A model generated the notes under the pieces. It saw only the letters and a program-made list of their open reading frames with translations, was not told where the DNA came from and did not search any database. A program made the translations under genes and the position numbers. From Octopus vulgaris (lineage: Eukaryota), in assembly GCA_951406725.2 (NCBI GenBank), contig OX597824.1, positions 83,948,001-84,012,000 on the forward strand: a stretch of DNA of 64,000 bases. Direction: 5' to 3'. Shown here one piece after another: positions 52,931 to 64,000 of the stretch (its first letter is position 1; each line of letters begins with the position of its first letter).

Positions 52931-54999
52931 TCCTTGCTGTCTGTAATATCTTGAGAAATACAGCAACTGTCTTGTATTTCTCTGCAGAAATATATCTTTC
53001 TGGGACGATTTTGCCAATTTGCATATGCGTTATATTAAAAGCATCTTCAATTTGAGACAAAATCTTGTCAATATGAAATTTTGGGTAACATTTTTGTTAT
53101 CTTTTCTTTTCTTTTCTAATTTACTTTTGAATATCTGATTTTAATATCCGTTTTAGCCAAGACAGCCGTGCTTATGCCCATATCATATTCTTTATTGTTG
53201 GTGCCACTTGACAACAACTCTGTCTATGTATAAGATTTTTACCAATTCTTTGTGGAATTATTTTTAGTTTTGGCTTTGTGTTTGGTTTTTAATGTTTTGT
53301 TTTGTGTGTGTGTGTCTTTCAAATTTATAATGTGGTAACCCCTTCCTGCCAATGTCATCCACTGCTCCTTCCTCCTGCCCTGCTGCCACATTGTAAACAC
53401 ATCTCGTAAACTCTCATCCTTCACCGACACACATAGAAACCCCTCAGCATCCCCCACTCCCATCCTGTAGACCCCAACACACGCACAAGCATATATACAG
53501 ACACTCACACACAAGCACACAGGCATACGCAAGCATACACACACTGGCACAAACATACATGCACTCGCACACATGCACAAGCATACATGCACACACATAT
53601 ACATACTCATGCACACACACATATATATATATATGAGAATACACACATGCACACACACTCATACAAACATATACATTCATATATACACAAGCACATGTAT
53701 GCACACACACACACAAGTTCACATGCACACACAAGCATGATTTACACACATGCACACACATGCACTCACACACAGATGCAAGTACATGTGCACACACACA
53801 CATACACACACAAACACGTATGTATCATCATCGTGATCATCATTTAATGTCCATTGTCCATGCTGGCATGGGTTGGACGGTTTGACCGGAGCTGGCAAGC
53901 TGGGGAGCTGTATCTTCACTCCTCTATATATGTTAGCAATATGGTTATGGTTATGAGAAGGCGGCGAGCTGGCAGAAACGTTAGCACGCCGTGCGAAATG
54001 CTGAGTGGTATTTCGTCTGCCGTTACGTTCTGAGTTCAAATTCCGCCGAGGTCGACTTTGCCTTTCATCCTTTCAGGGTCGATAAATTAAGTACCAGTTA
54101 CGCACTGGGGTCGAGGTAATCGACTTAATCCGTTTGTCTGTCCCCTCTGTGTTTAACCCCTTGTAAGTAGTAAAGAAAAAAAAAATGGTTATGAGTTACC
54201 CTTGAGGTTTTTTAGAGAATTAGCAACTTATTGAGACAAGTATTTCCTGATCTTGAAGGGTAAGTTAAGTCTTTCAACTCATTAGCTATCACCTCTACCA
54301 CCAGTGGTTCATTGTAAACATCAAACAACTGCCATATGCACCTGGCACTCTGTCAGTTATGACAACAAAGGCTCCATGTGATCTGATCAGTGAAACAGCT
54401 TGCTCGTGAAATTAACGTGCATGTGGCTGAGTATTCCACAGACACTTGTACGCTTAAGGTAGTTCTCAGGGTAGTTCTTGTACGCTTAAGGTAGTTCTCA
54501 GGGTAGTTCTTGTACACTTAAGGTAGTTCTCAGGGAGATTCAGCATGCCACAGAGTGTAACAAGGCTGGCCCTTTGAAATACAGGTACTTCTCATTTTTG
54601 CCAGCTGAGTGGACTGGAACAATGTGAAATAAAGTGTCTTGCTCAAGGACACAATGCACTGCCAGGAATTGAACTCATGGCCTTACAATTATGAGCTGAA
54701 TAGCCTAACCACTAGGCCAAGAACTTTCACTATATGCACCACAAGTGGGACATTTCCATAATTTGAGAAAATATTTTATTCTGTATCTTTGACATGGTTT
54801 TGGGGATATTTAAATAGCATGAGTGCTAACTATTAAAGTTTAATTATGAAATATTGTGAAAATGCCAAAAAAAAAATGACATTTCCTTGTAATTAAACAG
54901 TATGCAGTTTGACTGCTTGAAATACATGGCATCAGCAGTAAGTTCCAATTACAGGCCATGGCAGTTAATTTGTTTAAAAAAATATATGTTGTCATGGGC

Positions 55000-55380
55000 A
55001 ATATCCCCTCTGGACAACTAGCAGCTGAAATGGGGTTCTTCTAAAGTAAAGTTACTTGACAGGATGCATAGCTTTGAGATCAGGGAATCTCTCCAGGTTG
55101 AGCTGTTACTTTCCTATATTGAGAGATCACAGGTGGTACTACAGACATGTTCTCTTAGAATATCTCAGGGAAAAATTGAAAAATGGGTCCTTCAAGCTGA
55201 GCTTACTGACAGGAAACCTCCAAGTAGATTGAGGATGAGATGGTTGCATAATAGACATTGTCTCAGTTGGTCATGTTTGGAACCCAGCTGGAAAGTGTAA
55301 TGATGGCTGCTTCTGCTAGGAGTTTATAGAGGAAGTGCCTGAGAACTCTACACCAGTGACCTTCCCAAGAATAGTGAGTG
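55000..55380 (+). mobile_element. RTE LINE C-terminal remnant
   Basis: EIRESLQVELLLSYIERSQ...VLQAELTDRKPPSRLRMRW resembles the RTE C-terminus (IR..L.V..LL..IER.QL.W.GH / R..GRPR.RW). Confidence 0.6.
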
Positions 55381-56929
55381 GAGAAGGTGAACAGATTTGT
55401 AGTGAGACCAATTTCTATTATGTTATATTAAAGACATCAGGCTTATATAGGTGCAACACGTTAATCTGTAATGATTGGTTGATTTACTTATCATGTAAGT
55501 TTTAAACATGGGTTGAGTCCTGTGTTGTGATTGGTTGAGTATTGCACAGGATTTGACTCAAAGGTCCAATCACATTGCACATAATACATTCTCAAACAAC
55601 TGATTGGTATATGCTCTGGAACCTACTTTCTCCATAAATTGGTGCAATAAACTATCTATGAGCAGAGGGGTGACAGGTTTTCATCAAGGCAAGTTATGCT
55701 GGTTTCCTGCCATTTTTCACCAGAGAAGAATTAATACAACAGAGCACATATAACCAATGACAACCCAAGATGAAACCACCACAACCAGAGCTTGTCATGT
55801 TTCTTTCTTGATCTACTGTACCACTTTATGAAGGAATACAGTCTCACCATTATTTTAAAGTTTGTTTCTTTTGTTACTCCCACGAGTGAACATACAAAAT
55901 TATATTATACAATGGTGTACATGATTCCTTTGTATAATTCAAGGGACCCTTTAAGCATAACATAAAAGATTAATGGATGGGGGATTCTCTAAATAAACCA
56001 AAGGTTTACTGCACTGCAAGTATGCACTTGACTTTTGGAAACTTGTATTCAACCCACAAAAATAATTCTGATTGTAGCTACCCCTAGTTTTAGTGCAGAG
56101 ATCTATTACAGTCTAATATGTATGCTTTTACATTGGGCATCAAGAGAGCATATATTGGTTTCAAATTCTGGCACATGGCCAGCAATCGTGTGTGTGGGTA
56201 GGGTGCAAGTTGATTACATTGACCCCAGTGCTCAACTGGTACTTATTTTATCAACCCCGAAAAGATGAAAGGCAGTCGACCTGGCGGCACTTGAACTTGG
56301 AATATTAAGTCAGAAGACATGCCACTAAGCACTTTTCCTGGTGTGTTAACGTTTTTATCAGCTTAGCGCCTTCAAGAAGGCATATATTGATACCTGTGTG
56401 GCAGCACAAGTCCTTTTGCAGTGCCCTCTTTCATTCTGCAGGTGCTCAATAGCAGTGATTTCCAAATATGCTGTGGTTTATATTTTCTTATTGAGTACTG
56501 ACATTATAACAACCTCTCTCTATTGTGTTATTCGTTATTAATGGTGAAATTATTGCTAGCCTCTACTTCATTAATTATGATAATCATGAGAACTCTCTCA
56601 TGCATTGAGGTCAGGTGGCCTTATGTATACATCGGTCCTGTGCTTAGTAGACAATGTTTTCTTCCTTCTGTATCTGGCTTGTTCATGATTTCTTGTAGCA
56701 GTTCCAGTCCTCTGTGATGCAATTTTGTTACATATGGAAACAGCATGCCCTGTCCATATGAGCTTCCTGTCCATGATTACCCCCAGGATCTTAGCTTATT
56801 CATATATGTATGTGTATGTGTATAGTGTATATATGGATGTATATGTGTGGCTGATTCTTAAAAGTCAGCTAAGGACAATCACATGTGTAACAAACAATGA
56901 TGAAGAAATCAAATGCCAATCCCTTTAAA

Positions 56930-57290
56930 ATGGCAACCACTTTAACAGTAGCAGAATCACCATCCCACTATATTTACACATTCAAACCAGTTTACCAACG
57001 GCCCTTCTACTAACTTCAGGCGTTGACAGACAGAAAGGACGTTCTTGAAGCTGAGAATTTTAACTTATGGAGACAATATTTAAATATCGCCTGAGGAAAC
57101 ACAGCTAGATCTCATAATGCAGGGAAACGGTTGTATAATCAAGTACCTGCACGCCTGGAGAACTACATTGCATAGAAACAATTGTAGTGATTGAAAATAA
57201 ATGTCGAACTGTACTCCTCCTTGTTGGCTCCAATTTTTTCAATTATCTCTTCACACACGATAGAAGCTAACAGCAAACCTGGAAGTATAT
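56930..57290 (+). mobile_element. Penelope-like element 3' remnant with hammerhead-like motif
   Basis: HFNS-like GIY-YIG tail residues near 56935, then ATCGC-CTGAGGA...GAAACAATTGTA-GTGAT (57086-57191). Confidence 0.5.
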
Positions 57291-57850
57291 ATAATACTAC
57301 TACTAGATAGCACAGGGTAAAATCTGAAGGTGGATGAGCTTTATACTGTACTCTGCTACGTTCTTAACAGAATACACCTTAACTATATATATATAGGTAT
57401 GTATGTGATACTAGTGCCGATGGCACGTAAGAGAACTATCTGAATGTGGCCATTGCCAGCGCCGCCCTGACTGGCCTCCGTGCCGGCGGCATGTAAAATG
57501 CACCATCTGATTGTGGCCATTTGCCAGACTTGTCTGGCACCTATGCAGGTGGCACGTAAAAAGCACCCACCACACTCACGGAGTAGTTGGTGTTAGGAAG
57601 GGCATCCAGCCGTAGAAACACTGCCAGATCAGACTGGGCCTGGCGCAGCCTTCTGGCTTCCCAGACCCCAATTGAACCGTCCAACCCATGCCAGCATGGA
57701 AAGCGGACGTTAAACGATGATGATGATGTATCATCATTCTATATATTCTATATATTTTGTAGGATGATACATTAAGGAGTTTTTTTATGACTTAGATTTA
57801 TGATTACCACCGGATTAGTTAAAGCCATATATTGTGACTTAAATTTATAA

Positions 57851-57882
<32 letters not shown>

Positions 57883-57883
57883 G

Positions 57884-57940
<57 letters not shown>

Positions 57941-58759
57941 TTTAGATCTGAAATGTAAGATCTTCTCTACCTTGATGAAGCACACACACACACACACGCA
58001 TACAGAATTCATAACTATTAAAATGCTGCTCAAGGTTTAATATTCTTTTCCTTGATAGTAAAACCATTGCTTGAGTGAAATGTCATCTTCCATTTATCCA
58101 CCTTGGTTTTCATCATCCTCATAAGTTCTCAGTTTAAACTGGCTTCTGTAAAGTCACTTTGATCTACCAGTATTATTAGTGAAAACAGCATCAGTTCTTT
58201 AGCCTACAGGTAGAGCTTGTTTTTACAGAAATTGCCAGGATTATCAGTGGAAAGGAAGAACAAAAGTGGGCTAAGTATGAAACATTGTAGGGCTGATACA
58301 TAGACATCTGATGGGTCAGAAAATTAAGTTAAGGTGTAACTTGAATGGTTCAACTAATTTTACAACCATGTAAGAAGTTTCTTGTAAATTTCCTTGGTGC
58401 AGAGTTTGTCATTCTGAACTCCTTCAATGACTCTATTGTTGTCTGTTACTATGGCAGATTGATTTCCCCTGGTGTAACAAATTGATGTTCAATTGATGTT
58501 CACTACTGTGATAAACTGATGTCCATTAGTATGACTTTGCATGGCTTAGTGGTTGAGGCATTGGACTTATGATTGTAAGATTGTGGTTTCAATTCCTGAA
58601 CTGGGCGATGCATTGTGTTCTTGAGCAAAACTCTTCATTGCATGTTGTTCCAGTTCACTCAGCTGGCAAAAATGAGTAATCCCATGACAGACCAGCACCT
58701 TGTTCAAGGTGGGATATATATGCCAGAGAAAACTGGGTAACCAGCCCTATGCTCCTTAA

Positions 58760-58961
58760 CCCTTTCATTACCGTATCTATTTTGAGATGCTCTGTGTGTC
58801 TTTCAATTAATTTTAAATATAACAAAGAATTTTGTAAAATAATTTAGTTATCATAAATTGTGACTAAGGCTTAGTGGAAGATTTTAATTGAAAACTTATG
58901 AAAACAAGACATTTGTACTACAGAGCCAGAGGCGGTTTCAGCTGGGTTGGTATTGAAAGGG
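58760..58961. mobile_element. piggyBac-type MITE, inverted relative to 43207-43429
   Basis: TTAA TSDs at 58756-59 and 58962-65; internal sequence is the reverse complement of the 43207 copy with a small deletion. Confidence 0.85.
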
Positions 58962-61900
58962 TTAAAGAATGATGTCAGCTAACCATAGGAGCTTTAGCTG
59001 TATGTTATTTGTGTATTGATGGTGTAGTGTTAGGATATTTCCCACTATAGCTACAGTAAAATGCACCTGGTACACTTCATTGGTACTATAAAAGGAACAC
59101 TGTTGGCTCTGTAAAGTGTTTGGTGAATGAGTTCAGATAACATTGGGTTGAGAGAATCCTTTAGTCTTGTTAAAGACATGACAAGCTCTTTAGTGCTGGC
59201 GCCATGATAAAATGCACCAAGTACACTTTGTAAAACAGTTGGTGAAAGGAAGGGTGTCTGACTGTAAAAAAAAAAGGAAAAACAAAATATGCGAGTTAGG
59301 ATTGGTTCTTTGACCTATCTCTTGGATGGCATTAACTCCAAATAAGAATTCAGACCTTGATGAACCATCCAACCATGCCTGCATGAAAAATAGATGCAAA
59401 ATGATGATGGTGGTGGTGGTGGTGGTGATGAAATGGTGGAGAAGAATGAAGAGAAGGCAGACGGTGATGATTTTAGTGGTGGTGATGCTGGTGGTATGGT
59501 TGTGGTGAAGGTGATGGTGATGGTAGTGATGACGATTGTGTTAGTGGTGGTGGTGGTGGTGATGATGATGACAATGATGATGATGATATACAGTCACTGT
59601 GCATTGGTTCTATTGAAGATGAGCAGCTTGTCATGTTCCCTGTTGAAGGATAATATTTTTTAGGCCCCAAGTTAAACCTGATTAAAAAACAAATCCGTCA
59701 TCAAGAGTGTTCTAGCCATGAGCATCTCAGGGCTTCCTTTCTATTTTTTTTTTGCTTTCTTTTTGCTTGTTTGTCTTTTTTTTTTTTACCTACAGCTACA
59801 ATGTCCAGAATATCTTTCCTTGGATGGGTTTTTTTTTAAAGGATATTTTCTAAGAATATTTTTCTAAGTCTCTGTTCATGTAGTCAAACAGTGCATGTCT
59901 AGTTTGCGTGTGGATAATAATGCTCGCATACTAAGAAGATTGGAGAATAACAAACGGTGGGTGCCATCGTCTGGATAACCATCCCACGTAGCAGCGTGCG
60001 TTGTTAGAACTGTGAGCAGCATAAATACCGTTTCCATGGAGACTTCATAGTTCTTCATATAAAGCACCATATTATCATACTGTAACTCCCATCAACAGAG
60101 ATTCTAGTCTTTAAATCTACAGCTTTGTAATTACAGGAGACCAGCTATGTTTTATTATCATTGATAGTTATTTCTCCATTAAGAGAAGCAACTTTCAAGC
60201 CATGCTTCCTAGCAAAACAGTTTGAATACTGTTTTATTGGAAATCTATAAATTCTAACATTTTTCATCTTTTGCTTTGTATATCTTTTCTTTTTCTTTTT
60301 CTTTTCTTTTTTTTGTTTTTGGTTGTTGCCGTTTATAATTTTCTTTCTTTTTCTTGCTGTTTTCCTATTGTTGTGCGGGTAGGTGCTGTGGATAAACTAT
60401 CAGATGATGGTGGGAAGAGCAATTGTTCTTAGAGTCAAACGCTTTCTTCGCTCTCTCTCTCTCTCTCTCCCTCTCTCCACCTCATTCCATTAAACTGCTT
60501 TTTTACTCCACTTTCAACTCATTACGATCCTTCGTTTGTTTTTGAAATGCGTTCTGATCTAATGAAGATAAATCAGAGAGTAAAAGGTCCAGATTCTTAC
60601 TACTTCTGTCATAGTAGAACAGGTCCCGCAGGAGCACCTGAACTCAGCACTATGAATGTTCGTTGATGTTTGTAATAACATCTAATGCCATTTACATTAA
60701 ATGCTGTTGATTTATAATTTATTTCATATTCTTTGGGGGTTAGATTGTCATCACAAACATCGAAACGGAGAAGTCGGTGTTTTGCTGTTTGGCATTTTTA
60801 GAAGTAATGAATATAGACGTGTTTATATTTGCGCAAATCAGATTCTGTGATAATTTTCCTTTTGGCATTGAGCCTAAATTCCTTTTGGCTGTTGGGTTAT
60901 CAAACAACTCTAATAGAGTCAAATATTCATGTACATCTAATCCAAACAGCATTAACAGGACACTAAATCTCCACGTCTTCAGTAATTTCTTTATTCTGAA
61001 CATATTTTGAAGATTATTTCGAAGATCATTTTGAAATGATCTTCGAAATAATCTTCAAAATGATCTTTGAATGTTGAGCCTTATGGTGGTGAGGGAAAAG
61101 ATGATGAAGTATGAGCTTCAAGTGTTGAGCTTCACTGAGGCAATAACAAGTGACCGAGACCTTGGTGATATGCTGTGATTGAGAAGACTCATCAAGTCAA
61201 GTGAAACTGTTGTTATGACCATTGCCAGTGTCATGTAAATGGCACCTGTGAAATTGTAGTCGTGGCCGTTACCGGTATCATAAATGGTGCCCCGTGCCAG
61301 TGGTATGTGAAAAGCACCTGTTATGCTCTTGGAGTGGTTGGCATTGGGAAAGGCATCCAGCCATAAAAACCCCATACCAAATCAGATTGGAACATGGTAC
61401 AGCATTCCAGTTTACCTGTTCCAGTCAAGCCATCCAACCCATGCCAGCATCGAAAGTGGATGTTAAATGATGATGATGACGATGACGATGATGACGGCGA
61501 CAATGATTACGACGACAATGATGACGACAACAATGACGACGACGATGATATTTCAGTCACATTAGACCATTTCTGCTAAACATGCATTTCACTGTACTAG
61601 CCAAAGTAGAGATGGGAGAATTACTCAGCAGTTGTACAATACTGTACGTGATGAGATGTAGATAATTAGCATATTTTATAGGATAAATTACTGAGAGAAA
61701 TTACTTAGAAACACCATCTAATATCTATCATTGGTACAAGGCTATGAATATTTGGGGAGGGCTGTCATTGAATTACTCGACTGAGTGGACATACAAGAAT
61801 AAGTATGAAAAATAACAGTCTATGGAATAAATTATTTTCAGAGAAATTATTCAAGGATACTATCAGCATGAAAATAATGGTTTCTACACAAAAATATGCT

Positions 61901-63761
61901 TGAAATCATCACCATCACCATCATCATCATCATCATCATTATCATTATCATCATCTTTATAAATTTTCTTTCCATGATCATTTGTGGAATGAACTTTGAG
62001 TGGCCCTCATGCAACCATTGGAAGTTTAATCCAATCACCATTTTCAACTAGTATATTCTTTCCTACTCTAGGCACAAAGCCCAAATTTTTGGGGAGGGGG
62101 CCAGTCAATTAGATCAACCCCAGTATGCAACTGGTACTTAATTTATTGACCTTGAAAGATGAAAGGCAAAGTCGACCTCAGTGGAATTTGAACTCAGAAT
62201 GTAAAGACAGACGAAATATTGCTAAGCATTTTGCCCGGCATGCTAATGTTCTTGCCAGCTTACTGCCTTTTTCAACCAGTATATCGGATCAATCAGAGTT
62301 CAGTACCTCACAACCAGCTACTATTAGTTATATAAGCAGAAGTCAAAGCTGTTTTTCTCTGTGTCTTTGTTCAGCAGCAGCTGCCAGAAGGAACTGTTTT
62401 GTTTCCAACCTTTCTTTGGTACCTCAACCCAGATCAATCTGTCTAGTCTTTCATTTTGGTCACTCTCAGACCAACAAAGCAGTGGAATCATTTTCAGATA
62501 GTCTTATCTTTCATCTTTCACTTGTTTCAGTCACTAGACTTTGGCTATGTTGGGGCACTGCCTTGAAGAGTTTTTAGTTGATCAAATTGACCCCTGTACT
62601 TCTTTTTCAAGTATAATACTTATTCTGTTAGTCTTTTTTTGCCAAACTGCTAAGGTACAGGGACATAAACAAACCAACTCCAGCTGTCAAGCAGTGGGGG
62701 AGAGGGATAAACACAGGCACAAACACACACACACACACATGTATATATTCAAAGGGCTTCTTTCAGTTTTCATCTGCCAAATCGACTCAGAAGGCTTTGG
62801 CCAGCCTGAAGCTATAGTAGAAGACACTTGTCCAAGATGCCACACAGTGGAACTGAACCCAGAGCCATATGGTTAGGAAGCGAGTTTCTTACCATCAAGC
62901 CATATTTGTGCCTGTGATAGTCTTAAGATATTTCAGTTGAACGAGGCATTGATTTACATTTGTCTAATTCTACCTGTTTACAAACCATATATATTGATTT
63001 CCATTTTTTCTTTCATCTCATCAACATTCCCTGTTCATGCTACACATTTGATCCAAAAGAACTCCATTTCCTGAACATATACATAACACTATTTTTCCCC
63101 GTACATTTATCACAAAATTTGGTTTCATAAATGTTGTCTTCAAAAATTCTTACTTTTCTCTTTAGGAATTACTGTACAGTTTAACTTATTAGGATTTAGA
63201 CCAGCCATAATCAGCCCCAATATTCTATGTATTTTATGCTATGCTAAAACTAACCAGATCCAACCCCTCACACCTCCCTTACAATGTCATTCTAAAAATA
63301 TAGTTACATCATCGAAATCTAGAAGCTACAAGGCAATGCAAAATTAATTCTAAACAACAAATAAATAAGCATTATATTCCTTTACACTTGAACCGTTCAT
63401 CATTTGACATAAGATCTTCCTCCTCCAATGCCCCCTCTCCTCTCAAAGGATCTATGTCTTTGTCTTCCAAAGACCCCCTCTTCTCTCAAAGAATCTTTGT
63501 CTTGTAAGTTATTTGGTGTCCCTGTCAATGTTGATGCCACACAAAAAGCATCCTGTCCACACTGTAAAGTAGTTGGTATTTGGAAGGGCATCCAGCTGTA
63601 AAAACCAAGCCAAAATTGACCTCACCTGTGCTGGTGCCATGTAAAGAGCACTCAGCCCACTCTGCCAGGTGGTTGGTGTGGGCTCCTGCCAGCCCAGTCC
63701 CTGTTAAATCATCTAATCCATGCCAGCGTGGAAGGGGGATGTTAAATGACACTGCTGCTGC

Positions 63762-64000
63762 TGTTGAGTGGTCCGAAACGTGGTCCTATGCTATTTGTAA
63801 GACCCGCAGAAGAGAAAGCAGGTCAACCCCCGACACCGAGAGCATCGACGGATGGATGAATGTGCATCCAGGCTCAGCGGTTGTGTAGGAAGTCGGGGAC
63901 AGGAAAGAGTGAGAGAAAGTTGGAGCGAAAGAGTACAACAGGGGTCACCACCACCCCTGCCGTAGCCTCGTGGAGCTTTAGGTGTTTTCACTCAATAAAC
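63762..64000. mobile_element. Start of a probable LTR or other young repeat, cut by the window edge
   Basis: Abrupt GC/CpG-rich block starting TGTTG (or TGTAAG at 63796) with AATAAA at 63994; the other end is not visible. Confidence 0.35.

Noticed and set aside
50644-53055. 190-225-aa S/L/F/P-rich ORFs
   Set aside because: Stop-free frames of polypyrimidine tracts.
59876-60070. Minus-strand ORF with a signal-peptide-like segment (possible neuropeptide)
   Set aside because: No convincing dibasic or amidation pattern or splice support; 64 aa is within chance length.
61625-61645. TCAGCAGTTGTAC resembles the 5' part of lophotrochozoan miR-1992 as I recall it
   Set aside because: The match stops after 13 nt and there is no complementary arm for a pre-miRNA hairpin.
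63150-63200. Possible next dynein exon after ttttctctttAG
   Set aside because: Reads ELLYSLTY-stop and lacks the expected LP...PE.FG.H.N.DI motif.

Overview
AT-rich, microsatellite- and transposon-saturated animal genomic DNA. The repeat families and very long (TA)n/(AAT)n tracts look like an octopus/coleoid cephalopod genome (pattern recognition, not a database result). The whole window lies inside one + strand gene: six GT-AG exons (2400-2544, 17011-17235, 20059-20238, 23423-23563, 30351-30488, 42523-42756) splice in frame into the AAA6 and lid region of an axonemal inner-arm dynein heavy chain, most like DNAH12. The next exon was not found, so the last intron exceeds 21 kb. Introns hold three tRNA-head SINE families, 3' ends of RTE, CR1 and R4/Dong LINEs, two solo LTRs with TSDs, Tc1/mariner, hAT and piggyBac MITEs, Helentron-type HINEs and Penelope-type fragments. 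The most interesting signals are: (i) several minimal hammerhead-ribozyme-like motifs, including a ~160-bp (TA)n-inserted element family with a non-canonical CUGUNGA core, mostly antisense to the pre-mRNA; (ii) long intronic hairpins that are candidate ADAR substrates; (iii) duplicated splice donor and acceptor sequences and a minisatellite of decoy donors. Most ORFs in the supplied track are microsatellite artefacts. No prokaryotic-type system or CRISPR array is present.
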